Below are positions 9,914 through 21,436 of a stretch of DNA of 64,000 nt, one piece after another. A model generated the notes under the pieces. That model was not told the DNA's origin and made no database searches. It saw nothing but the letters and a program-made list of their open reading frames with translations. Where the stretch lies: positions 10,486,505-10,550,504 of the forward strand of contig MU057357.1 of NCBI GenBank assembly GCA_013239625.1. Direction: 5' to 3'. The position numbers and the translations under genes are program-made. Within the stretch, counting starts at the first letter, position 1; each line of letters starts with the position of its first letter. Source of the DNA: Lama guanicoe (Eukaryota).

Positions 9914-10836
9914 ACAACCCAATGATAAATAAAAACCCCAATTAAAAATTGGGTAAAAATCTGAAGAGATATTTCTCTGAAGAAGACAAACAAATTATTA
10001 GTAAGCACATGAAAAGAGGTGCAACATCATTAGCCACCTGGAAAATGTCAGTCAAAACCACAATCAGGTACCACTTTATCTCCACTTGGATTGTATTATT
10101 CAAAAAGATGGTAGTAGTAAGTGTTGACAAGGATGTGGAGAAATTTGGATCCTTATACATTGCCGGTGGAGACATAAATGGTGCAGCCACTTTGGGAACC
10201 TGTTTGGCAGTGCCTCAAAAGGTAAATCATGAGGTTACCGTTTGACTAGCAAATCTACTCCTAGGTATATACCCAAGAGAAATAAAAACATATGTCCAAA
10301 CTAAAATGTGTACATACTCACATACACACACACACACAAACACATTAATTTGTATACAAATGTTCGTAACAGCATTATTCATCAGAACCGCAAATTGGAA
10401 ACAACCTAGATGTTTATCAACAGATAAATGGATAAACAAAATACAATATATCCATACAATGAAATATTTTTCATCAATCAAAAGAATGAAATACTGATAC
10501 ATGCTACAATATGGATGAAATTTGGAAACATTCTAAGTGAAAGAAGCCAGTCACAAAGGACCACCTATCAAATGGTTCCATTTATATGAAATGTTAAAAT
10601 AGGAAAATCTATAGAGACATAAAGTAGATTCGTTTTTGCCTAATCTAAGGCAAAATTTCCCTCCCTACGGAGGGAAACTTGAGGAGATGAGGAGGGGCTG
10701 CTAATGTGTGCAAGTTTCTTCTTGATGTGATGAAAATATAAAATTGATTGTGTTGATGTTTACACAACTTGAATATATTAAAAACAATTGAACTGTATAC
10801 TTTAAATGAGTGAATTTTATGTGAATTATATTACAA
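9914..10836 (+). mobile_element. Old L1 (L1MB-like) ORF2 end plus 3' UTR, 3' piece
   Basis: Resumes acaacccaat...aattaaaaattgggtaaaaatctgaagagatatttctc. The 3' UTR ttccatttatatgaaatg...aaatctatagagaca...gaactgtatactttaaatgagtgaattttatg is typical of L1MB. Confidence 0.9.
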
Positions 10837-10848
10837 TGTGACTGGAAT

Positions 10849-10890
10849 TCTATCTATATCTCTATCTATCTATCTATCTATCTATCTATG
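10849..10890. repeat. (TATC)n microsatellite
   Basis: tctatctatatctctatctatctatctatctatctatctat. Confidence 0.9.
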
Positions 10891-11576
10891 TAATCTAATT
10901 TATGGGGGGGGGGAGACAGAGGCCAAGGGAAATGATGTGATTTTATCCAAAGTGAGATCTCAGTTCTCTGAACCCAGTGGTCACTTTCCACTATGTCACA
11001 TCAATTCTTTTCTCTCTCTCTCTTTTTAAAATCTCTCAGGTAGCTTTGATGAGATAGTGGCATAAATCACTTGAGCCCTTCTCTTTACTACATGTTGATT
11101 ATCCTTAACCTTTTAGGGACTTCATGTATTTATCTGTCAAGTGAAGATAACATTTTCTGCCCTACCTACATCATAGAGATATCAGAGGCTCATAAGAAAG
11201 GAGAAAGCAGTTTGAAAAGTATAAGGTTTTAGTATGTTAGAAGGTTTTCCATTCCCTCTGGCTGTCCCTTCATGCCATGCACATCTCAAAAGGGAAGTAT
11301 TTCCTCCAACAAAATTGCATAAAGATAATTGTTAAGTGACTTATGAATTCAGGTATCAAACATGCCATAACATATTCCCTAAGGATGTAATAACTTTATG
11401 AATTTATGAATATCAGTTGGTGATACATTGATCAATACAGGGCTTTTTAAAACTAATTTTTTCCCCAAATTTTGACCATCCAATGTCGCTGTCAAGCAAA
11501 CAGCTCTGTTGTATTTCCTTTTTCTGAAATCACAAACCTTTTATAGAAAGAAAAACATATTCAATTAAAATTAGTA

Positions 11577-11722
11577 GGGGAGGATGTAGTTCAGTGGTAG
11601 AACACGTGCTTAGCGTGCATGAGGTCCTGGGTTCAATCCCCAGTTACCGCCATTAAAAATAAATAAATAAACCTAATTACTCCCCCTAAAAATAGTAAAC
11701 AAATAAATATTTAAAAATAAAA
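11577..11722 (+). mobile_element. tRNA-Ala-derived camelid SINE (Vic-1-like)
   Basis: ggggaggatgtagttcagtggtagaacacgtgcttagcgtgcatgaggtcctgggttcaatccccag...aataaacctaattactccccc plus an A-rich tail. Confidence 0.9.
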
Positions 11723-14044
11723 CCGCATACTTCCATCAAATATATTATTTTTCTTCCCTCATCATAACTGATAATTTGATATTATATTTGAATGTCTTAA
11801 AATATCACATTTATGTAGCTATCTGTGTTTATTACAGAACTACATCACTAACTTTTGGTAATGTGAAGATAATATTTTATTTCATTGCTTTACTTCTGCC
11901 TTTTTCCCAGTTGTTGCACACTTCCCCCTGATATACATCTTTTAATATCTGCTGATTGTAGGCACTTATGACTCGTTGGGACCTACCATTACTTTTATTA
12001 CCCTGGGTAATACAATTTTGATTGTAGAAAGCTCATTTTAGGATAAGCTCAGAGAACAGAGTAAACTGTTATGTTAAAGACTTTGAAACGACTGCAATGA
12101 ATACAAAAGGGCTGTGGTAAACAATCTTTAGGAGATCATCCATCCCAAGTGCATAGTCCTGATTTCTCATGTTTCATTCATAGCCGAGCGGTGAAAGGAT
12201 GAATGGAGCCACTCCTGATTAATTTTGCTTTGCATTGGGGGAAGCTAGAAAAATCAGATATTCATTTCCTTTATTAATTTTCTTCTTTATACTATAATAA
12301 GCATTTAGTTCTTCAGCAATATTGATTTTTCGATTGGGTGTTGCATATAATTTTACAATTTGTTCAATCACTTATTAGATATTTCACATCCTGTTTGTAG
12401 GGGAATGTGTCTGGAATAGACTGATGTGGGCTGCCGAGGACAGCTTGCTGATTTGTTGTTTAGATGAACCAACACATACCATATATTATATTTGGAAGTA
12501 ACCCACTGAAGACCAGCAACAGTTTCTACCCGATTTATAACACCTTTGGGAGGACAGTTTCTCAGTAAATAATGCTTATACCTCAGAAAACTATTTATTA
12601 TGAATGCTCTGGGTGCAGACAAAGGAAATGTTTTCAGTACACATACCGTCTAGCTTCTTGGAGTTAACTAAGAAAAATGTCTAAGGGAGACTTAGAGGGG
12701 ATTTGTTTTGGTAAATTTTTTAGATCACAAATGTTAGGATGGTGCTGTGAAATCCATTTGTCTTGAGAAATGCAAAAATTTTGAAAGAACAATTAGAATT
12801 TAGGCCATAGAAATTATGTTCAAATCTAAATATATTATTCATAAATTTGTTTAGCATTTGTAACAATCTCCAACGCAGCCTCAAGGTTAAGTAAAGTTTT
12901 CCAGAAAGAGGCTTTGCTGATGTATAAAATATGATTAAACTCATCAAAAATACATATACACACACATGTGCTCATGCACACATACACACATACAAAGGAG
13001 GAAAGCACACGTGCAAATTTTACAGTGGTTTTCTTGCAATGATGGGATGACATTTGAATATTTCTAGGCTTGTCAAATTTCTATAATAAACATGTACAAC
13101 ATCTATAATCAGAAAAAGTTATAGCAAATTCCATTTTAATGTAGCTATCGAAACACATTCAGTTGGGAAGTAAGAGGCTTGGCATCATATTTTTAAGTGC
13201 TAAATAAAGAGACATAGCAGAGCATTGCCACTAAGGTACAGATTAAAACCCACTGGCATATGGGCCATGTTTATTTGCCATTGAATTTGGTGATTCTTCC
13301 TTCTTTATATCTTAAAATCCCTATGCTTGCAGCAAGAATATGCATTTGTAATAAGCCTTCCTTTGCCCCTCGGAAAGGAGCATGTAGCCCTTAGCTATTC
13401 CCAAAGATGCTAAGGGATGAAGTCCCACCTTTCTTAACAAATGGCTTACCAAGCAGTGCCCTTGCTCTTCTGGGTTCCACAGGGCCCTAAAAGCTAGGTT
13501 ATATGCTCTTTTCTGGATAAAAATCTGAAACCTATCACTAGTTATAAATAATGTTCACTCTGGTTTATCATCAGGGTTGCTACTGCCTTACTCACAACAA
13601 ACAAATTTGAAGTTGAAACAGCTCAGATAACTAGGTTTTGGTGAAAGTATATCTCTTCTCTGCAAACTCACTGCTAATAACCTTTTCATATAATTGGGCA
13701 CACGCATGGTCCTAATATGGATATTCTCTACAGGTAATAATTCAATACATCTACAAAAACAAACAAACAAACAGATAAAAATCACAGTCTGCAAAAAATA
13801 TAAGGGGTATATATCTAATGGGACAGAAATATTTCAAAGGACATCTTAGACAATGTGAACCTGTTAGTGGTGGACTTTATCACAAACTGGATCTCAAAGG
13901 CTGTGTTTTTGTATTCTATTTCAACAATAACAAAACGTGTGAAATTCTACACTGAATATATCCAACATATGTGTATGTGTGTGGTAGGCACATAACACAC
14001 ACACATACTCATAATTTATGTCATTAAATATATGAGAAGAAAAT

Positions 14045-14265
14045 GAGAGGTGGTTAAGAATATAGTGTCTGGAGTCAGCCTGGTGGGGTTCAAATCCTCT
14101 TTCACTTACTGTTTAGCTTTGACGGTGATTTACTTAACCTCTTTGTGCCTCAGTTTCCTTTCTTGTAAAATAAGAACTATTAGTGGATCTAACTTCCTAC
14201 GATTAGCGGGAGGATTAAATGGTTCTTTGCATGTAAACATTACCATATAGCAAACACGTGCTTTT
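14045..14265 (+). mobile_element. MIR SINE
   Basis: gtggttaagaatatagtgtctggagtcagcctggtggggttcaaatcc...ttacttaacctctttgtgcctcagtttcctttcttgtaaaat. Confidence 0.88.
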
Positions 14266-17200
14266 GAAAGTTCCGTCATCTTTGGATGACCACAATGAGA
14301 TTCATATTTTTCTCTCTGAGACTGGGATGTTACATTGGGATGTTGGTACGTGGAGAGTGTGTTCTCTGCCTTTATGGGATCTACTAGGAATATACTGGAA
14401 ACCGAGACTTGGGAAACTCAAGAGGAAATTGAGAGTGGGAGTCTGGTGAGTGAGCACTGGAAGTCAGGCAGTAGTACCCCACTGCAGGGTACAGTCTACA
14501 AAAGCAAGCAAAAGGAAAACAAGTGATGGAAACCATCAAGTGGTAGAAATACGATCTGTACTTCGGAGTTTTGTTTCCTTTTCTTCTGTCTTCATGTGCA
14601 TTTCATTATTTTTATATAAAATGGAAGCTACATAATTTATGCTGCCTGAGCTGAATAAAAATTACAAAAACATATACAACATATTGAAGTTTAGAATACT
14701 TTGTACCTGTATTTCTTGGTGCTGTACAGCAGATCTACACTTGTACCCATCATACCCTAATTAAGGTTCATTGATCACTGTGTGGTAGCTAGCACAGTTG
14801 GGGCATCATTACTGAGAAAAACTCAGAAAATTCTTCAGAACTTATGTGAAAATCCGATTCCTTTGAAGTAGCCCAGTCCACAGAAGACCTCAGATATGTG
14901 TTTGTTTTAAAACCATGAATTATTTTCAAAATTCAACTTTATTTTTTACTTTTTACTTTCTACTTTTCACAAAGCCCAACTCTGCTGTTTTGGAGGGTGG
15001 GTTCATTATATATTTTTTATTCGTCTTTTTTTGGGAATGGCTTGTTGTGCATTTGAGGTAACATCATTATTTATTCATCGTTCTAAATAACACTTGAAGT
15101 GTTCGATTCAGTTTGCAGACTTGACTGTTAACTGGCAGCTACTGGCAGAGGGAAGTTTGGGTCACAGACATGGCATTTGTTGGCACACACCATTGTACAG
15201 ACCATGTCACAAATACTAGTTCTGTTTAACTATAATTGTGCTTCTGAATTGTGTGAAAGGTTTTAAAAAGTGTAAAATTTTCTTTCTTGATTGACTGGTG
15301 GATAAATACATAAACGAAAGAAATAACAAAATCAAATTCAAATTTGGATATAGATTTGCTGAAAATGTCAGCATTTTTCTCTTGAAATTATGGGAGTGGA
15401 AAGAGGTGTGTTTCCCCAGATCAGAGCTGTATATTTTGCTCTCTTTCTGGAAAAGTTTTCTGAGCAAATGAAGGTATTAAACGAAAGAGGGGTGTCTTTA
15501 CTTTTCCTTCAGACCATGCCCATCTATACACACAGGAAGTGCTCTGGCTGTTTTCAGAGGCGACAACATTGTTTCTTGGTGGAGAAGAGGCAATTTGAAG
15601 GAGGCAGCATCCTAACCACAGGAGTCTTGGAACTAAAAAGGTTTTCTCATAAAGCCTTACATTCAACAAAACCCTGGGATTTTCTAGATTAGACCTATTT
15701 TCTGCGTGTGTGTGTGTGCGTGTGCATTATTTTCTCATTCTCTCCATGAGTAAACTCACATTAGTAGCCAGTCCTAATTATGGTAACCACATTTACAGTT
15801 CTAAGGCAGGAGAGCAAAGGAAATCAATATAAAGAAAACACCCTGGGGGGACACCCAATGGACTCTGTAGTTCACTAAAATTTTGTGACTAATCAGCATC
15901 TTCCTGTCTAGCTATCCCATATCCATTCCTAACTGATCTTCTTTTTACTGAATCGAAAACAATTGGAAACTTTCCAACTGCAACACAATCTTTTTGTTCA
16001 ATTGCCGACCAGTAGTAGTTCTAAAAAAATCATTTCTAAATTTTAAGACTCAGAGTTGTCTGAATTTTCCCTGTTAAACTCATAACCCAAAGTACTGAAG
16101 TCAGCAGGACCTAATGCCTAATTCGCTTACGCATACGGTGAAATCCAGTGCCAAGGATCATCCTCGGCCATTGCCCCACTTCAAATATTCATGATGCGCC
16201 ACAGTCCAAGATGCATTAAAGGTGGGAACGGTGCCAGCAACACACAGTCTTCCTAGTGACAAGGAGCCTTCTCAGATCAAAGGAGCAAGATGTTAAAGAC
16301 TTCAAACTAAACTGTCTTTGTAAGAGACGCTCACAAAAGGAATGCCAAATCCCATACCCTGTTTCAGCCTCGGAACATCAATGAAATAAAGGAAAAAAAT
16401 AGACGCTCATTCATTTTCTCTTCTGACTCTTTTTACTGAAACTACTTTGCTTTTCTCCTTTCTTAGCATTGCAGTCAAACACAGGGATGTTATCCACTAA
16501 AATGGGAAAACATTATTAATGCTTTCAAAGACAAAATGAATGAGTACTGAGGAGTTAATAGCAGTTAGGCCAATATGAGTTTGCTAATGGAACCTGAGTG
16601 GCATGCTGAGAATAACACAAGAGCAAAGTTAAAATGGGCACAGGAGCTATAAAGTGCACATTATGAAGCAAATACACACAAAAATTTAAGTTGTCCCTTT
16701 ATGTCATTTGTCACCCAGCTGCACCTGCTCCTACACCTGTCCTCCCTTCCTTGATCTATCTTGGCACCCTGGAAATGTTAGGCATGTAGCCAATTTCATA
16801 CCCAGCCATTCTGATGATCCAAACTACTGTCGACTTGCTTTTTTCTTGTATTAAATCAGGTATCAACCCCAGGGCTCTGAACTACTTCTGACTGACAAGA
16901 CCAAGAGAAAGTTCTAGGCTAATTACTTCTTAGGACTTTGTTCCCAGTGCAAAGAGTTACTCCTGACCTACTTTGGACTTGCTGAAATAATTTATCAGGT
17001 AAGATAATTAAGGGAATATAAAGCTGTTTCGAAAACCAAGCAAGTAACAGAAATATTTGTTGAAATCCTAAGTTAGTATTCCCAGTGCTATCAGATGAGG
17101 CTTTAGGACTTTGCGATGAGTTAATTTTATTATGTTTGACTTATAAGCCCTTCTTTTTCTCTATAAATTATACTTGGCAGGATGTATTTGAGAGTCTCTT

Positions 17201-19254
17201 TGATGTATAAATGTATTAGTTTTGACTTTTTTCAGTCTAGATATAAAGAGAAACAATCTTTTAAGCCCTTCTCTTCTTCTCCTCTTACTCCACCCCCGTA
17301 AACAGGCACACACATCCCTTTGCACAGGTGCTCCCCTTATCTCTGAAGCCCATCCTAAATAAAGGGATGCCTCGAGAGCAGAGTGGATGTGTCTGCGGTG
17401 AGGACCACTTACCATGTGGACTTTTCACTCTCTCGAAAGCTTAATCCTTTCCTACACATAGGTAAATATTTAGAACTGAAGAACCTTTTGTAGCAATGGT
17501 TTTCTTTCCTATTGAGAAAATCTGACCATTTTCTGATTTCTGCATTCTTGATGTTCTCCATAAGAAGAAGAAAAAGGCAAGAGAAAAACCTTGAAAGGAA
17601 GTCATGGAACGTAAGGGAGGGGTGTGTATGAGCTTAAAAGCCATCTGTTTTTCTCAAACTAAAGGCATTAAAAAATTATGTCATTCGGATGATGGTTTAA
17701 TCAATGTCATCCTCTAATTATTATTTTTTTTCCTTTTCCTCCACTCCCCTTCCCCTTCCCCCTTTTATTTATTTATTTTCTTCCCTGCTTCCTGCTTCTT
17801 AATTCAAAACTCATATAACTCTGAAAACAAGGTCAGCTGATTGTGTACTGGCTTTTTAATTCTAATAAAGTTTTATCTTCATTTAGAAAATACCTGAACA
17901 AATTTGAGTAACTGGATTTAGTCCTTGTGGTAAAATGTAAAATATTAATTTCTCAGGCTAGGAATAAGGAAAAACTCTGGAATTAATTTTTCACATTCGT
18001 TTCAATATTGCAGTTACAATAATAACATTATTTCTCAGCAGTGTTTATTCACATCTTGTTATTACTTCATAATGCAGGGTTGAGGAAATTGCATGCATAA
18101 AATTGTCGTTTAGTTAGTGTCAAAGGAAAAAATAAAACTGAACAGTGACTTGTACTCTTTGTTTCCACCCAGCATGCGCAGTGCTTTATGTCTGTGAGAG
18201 GACCTGGCCGTGGTTTCATCCAAAATCAATAGCACATCAGGCTCCCCTGATGCAGTTGACTAGTACTAGACTCAGATCACTCCCCTATTGCCTCCTGTCT
18301 TACTTTATAGCCTCTTTCATTCCATGCCTATTTAATTTCATTTATTGCTCTGTTCTTGTGTCCTTCAGCTGTTTCCAACCTGCCCTTCATGCTCATAACT
18401 AAATACAATATGTTAACATACAAAGGTATTTATGTAAATGAAAATCAATACGCTTATCATTTCTGCACCATTCCTTCTTGCTTACATTGGACATTTTAAG
18501 TACATTTTATTTAAAGGCTAACAACTCTTCATTCTTGCCTGGGAAGTGGAATGATCTTCTTGGCTCCCTGCCCCCTGCAGCCCTCCGTCTAATCTTCACA
18601 GCCATGACCGCTTAGCCCCATCTGGAGGTTCAGCCTTAGTCTGCATTTTGGAACTAATCTTGTCTCTAGGTTGGGGGCGTACAAGATGTCCTAGCCAAAA
18701 GCTAACTGATTCAGCATCCAGTCAGCCTTACTGCTGGCTTCATTCTGACCTTGTAATTCATTTCCGAGAGCCAGGGGCTTGTCCCAGCCCCTGGTAACCA
18801 AAGCCTGGTTTTCTGCATCAGTTCCGGTAAGTGGAGTCTATCCAGTCTTTCCTGCATCTGTCCCTGATTGATACTCAGTTCTCTTGATAACTGAGGTTCT
18901 GCCTTGCCCTCTTTTGTTCCCTTTGTAACTAAACTTCTTTTCCTAACTTCAGTTCTCTTGGCTGTCGAATCTTTCTGATGCCACTTGCCTTCATCTCCTT
19001 GAACTGCCCACTTTGTACCATGAATCTGAACTTCTGGTAGAATACCAGGAGTGACACGGCCACCCTGGATTAGCCCACTGCCTGCTGCAGGCACCTCTCT
19101 TGTCACCAGCTCTAACCAAGCAGGTCTCCAGGCACTGGATCTAAGCTGCTTGCAATCTGGCCACCTCATTATTCCAGACATGACAGGAAAGAAATATTTT
19201 AATTGCATCTTTGGTTGAATTGTTATGCTAACATTCTCTAGTTACTGTCACCTC

Positions 19255-19420
19255 ATCTCTTCATCTCAGCCCTGCCACTTAAACACTTTAAAACTCAGTT
19301 TCCTCTTTGTAAAATGATCATAATAGAATCTACAATTAGGGTTATTTTGAGGATAATTCACCAAAAAAGAATGGACCAAGCCTATAGTAAGCAATTAGTA
19401 ATTTTTAGCTGCTATTATTA
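19255..19420 (+). mobile_element. MIR fragment
   Basis: ctcagtttcctctttgtaaaatgatcataatagaatctac...gggttattttgaggataa...atagtaagcaattagta. Confidence 0.7.
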
Positions 19421-19739
19421 TCTCATTTCTTAAATCTTTAAATCTTTAACTTGTAAAATGAACCTATGTCACTTAAAGGTGATTGTTAAAGAGATGAGAA
19501 TGGGGAATGGAAAATTCTTAAGAAAAAATTAGGGACCCTGTGAATTTTTTTTTAAGTAGAATAGCTGACAGCACGATCATCAGCAGCATTAAAAATCACG
19601 GTGAACTACAGACGTGGTAGCCAGCAAACATTAAGAACGAGGTATTTTAAGGATACATTTCCCGTCAATGTGTCTTAATTTACAATGACTAAGACTAGAC
19701 AGAGCCCTAAAGCATTCAGGGGGCAGAAGTCAGTCATTT

Positions 19740-19905
19740 ATTTCAGCAGTATTTATACAATCATCTGGGAACTTTTAGAGAAATAAAATTTTAAGCCCTA
19801 CTTCTCTGAAGTTCTGACTCATTAATTTTGGGATGGAACTAAAGAACTGGTATGTTCAAAAAAATTCCCAAAGTAATCCTGCTGGTCAGCCGGGTTTGGG
19901 AGCCA
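19740..19905. mobile_element. MER5-type hAT-Charlie MITE
   Basis: aatcatctgggaactttta...ttctgactcattaattttgggatggaac...ttcccaaagtaatcctg...cagccgggtttgggagcca. Confidence 0.65.
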
Positions 19906-20317
19906 GAAATTCATCAGCCAGCAGGATGCCCAGGATGCTCTTAAGAAAATACACGTCTGTTTACCTCAAGATGGTCAAACCAGTTCACAGACTCCCTGAC
20001 TTGGCTCCCAGCTGCTCATTGGCTAGAAACGTTTGACAGGTATGGAAATTCCACTGCTGCCTGCTTTTAATAATGGGTGGCTGTTTCTCCTGGCTAGTCA
20101 ATAGCAGTGTTTACCGGTAAGGATTCAGTTAGTTTACCCTAAGAGCCCCAGTTTGCCCAGTTGAAATCCTCAACTTAATCTGCGTTCAAAAATATTTTAA
20201 AATATTTTAAGTGCAGATTGTTTCAGTCTTGCCAAAATTACCTTGCTTTAGTTTTTTTCTTCCTGTTCCTTAGATGAACTGCCCCTCCACCCACAAAAGT
20301 TTGATCAAAATGATTGT

Positions 20318-20514
20318 GTTTTTTATGCCCAATTTTACCGAGATAGAAATGACATGTAATATTGTATAAGTTTAAAGTGAACAACATGTTGATACACTTA
20401 TATATTGCAACATGATAACCACCATAGAGTTAGCTAAGACCTCCATCACCTCACATAATTATCTTTTTTTTTTTTTTGGTGGTGAGAACATTGAAGATTT
20501 ACTCCCTTACCTAC
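20318..20514 (-). mobile_element. 5'-truncated L1 3' end (L1MA-like) with an intact 18-bp TSD
   Basis: attgtataagtttaaagtgaacaacatgttgatacac...ccaccatagagttagctaagacctccatcacctcacataatta...gtggtgagaacattgaagatttactc. Flanked by tttgatcaaaatgattgt at 20300-20317 and 20515-20532. Confidence 0.88.
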
Positions 20515-20613
20515 TTTGATCAAAATGATTGTTACTATTCTAGACATAGTCTGCATATTGAAAAAAATCAAAGGGTACCTGGCTGTTTTCCTGACAGGTA
20601 TGTGTATAAAAGT

Positions 20614-20644
<31 letters not shown>
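20614..20644. repeat. (GA)n microsatellite
   Basis: Uninterrupted AG run of about 15 units. Confidence 0.95.
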
Positions 20645-20647
<3 letters not shown>

Positions 20648-21339
20648 CAATGAGAAAGAGAGACTGCCTCTTTCAATTATCACGCTATACAAAGACCTTT
20701 GGGTTGCTCACCTGGGGTGTGAGTCAGGGTATAACCAATGTGGATGCCCTAAAAAGCTAACATTTTGGGACCCATTCAGAATAATGAATATTATTCATTA
20801 TCTGTTCAGATCTGTTCAGCATATCTTTATAGCAGAAGCTGGTATTGCTTGAGTGAAGGGAGAAGTTGATCCTAGAGGGTCAGAGATCATTCCTTGCTCT
20901 GCTTTCTTCTCAATTCAGCTATAAGCACACACAAGCATATCCTTCAATGAAATCTCGGCAGTTACCCAGAGCCACCATCTTAGAAGCAGATTAACAACTG
21001 AACAACTATTCATTGTTCCTTGACCATGCTTTTTGAGAGATGTTCTGGTAAATATGACTTTTCTCTCCATCTCTTAACACTGACAGTATCTGGGGGGGGG
21101 GGCTCAGCGATATCTTGTTGTACCTTATCAAGTAATGCCCTGGGCAGCTGCTTGTCTGGCCCAACTCTTAGTTCAGATTCAGAAATTCCTTGCTGTTATT
21201 GTAGCCCTCATGTTTTCCTTCTTGAGAACTGGATTAAAAAAAAATGCTGAAAGTGTCTTTTTTTAGGAAACAACTGATGGAGTAAAAATAAATTAATTAT
21301 TGTCATTATTTTGTTTAAAAGAATAAAATGGCACATTAC

Positions 21340-21436
21340 CAGACATCCTCGGCATCTTCATCACATTCTGCACCAAACTGACAAATATCACAGGTGGACG
21401 TCTCCTTTTGACTGGTTTCTCCTGAGCCTTCATGGA
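21340..21436 (-). CDS. TMEFF2: Internal coding exon of TMEFF2 (tomoregulin-2); linker plus start of the 2nd follistatin-like module; equivalent to human exon 5
   Basis: Minus strand reads tttttgttcacttttttctgtcctacag|TC CAT GAA GGC TCA GGA GAA ACC AGT CAA AAG GAG ACG TCC ACC TGT GAT ATT TGT CAG TTT GGT GCA GAA TGT GAT GAA GAT GCC GAG GAT GTC TG|gtaatg = (V)HEGSGETSQKETSTCDICQFGAECDEDAEDV(W). This matches the TMEFF2 peptide as I recall it. Canonical AG/GT sites, 97 bp, phase 1 start and phase 2 end. Too short to appear in the ORF track. Confidence 0.97.

Larger units (their letters stand above)
1..21339 (-). other. TMEFF2: Part of the TMEFF2 intron downstream of the exon (intron 5 equivalent)
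   Basis: Donor TG|gtaatg at 21338-21339 (minus). The next exon (CVCNIDCSQTNFNPLCASDG...) was not found in the window. Confidence 0.85.

Noticed and set aside
8745-10502. Cluster of ORFs on both strands as genes
   Set aside because: They are fragments and antisense readings of decayed L1 ORF2 with stops and frameshifts.
12368-12622. 84-aa minus ORF or possible exon
   Set aside because: No match to TMEFF2 or any protein I recognise, and weak splice signals on both strands.
17407-17590. Minus-strand donor ATG|GTAAGT (17411-17412) as the end of another cryptic TMEFF2 exon
   Set aside because: The donor is strong, but the upstream acceptors are poor: one GAG acceptor and one AG lacking a pyrimidine tract.
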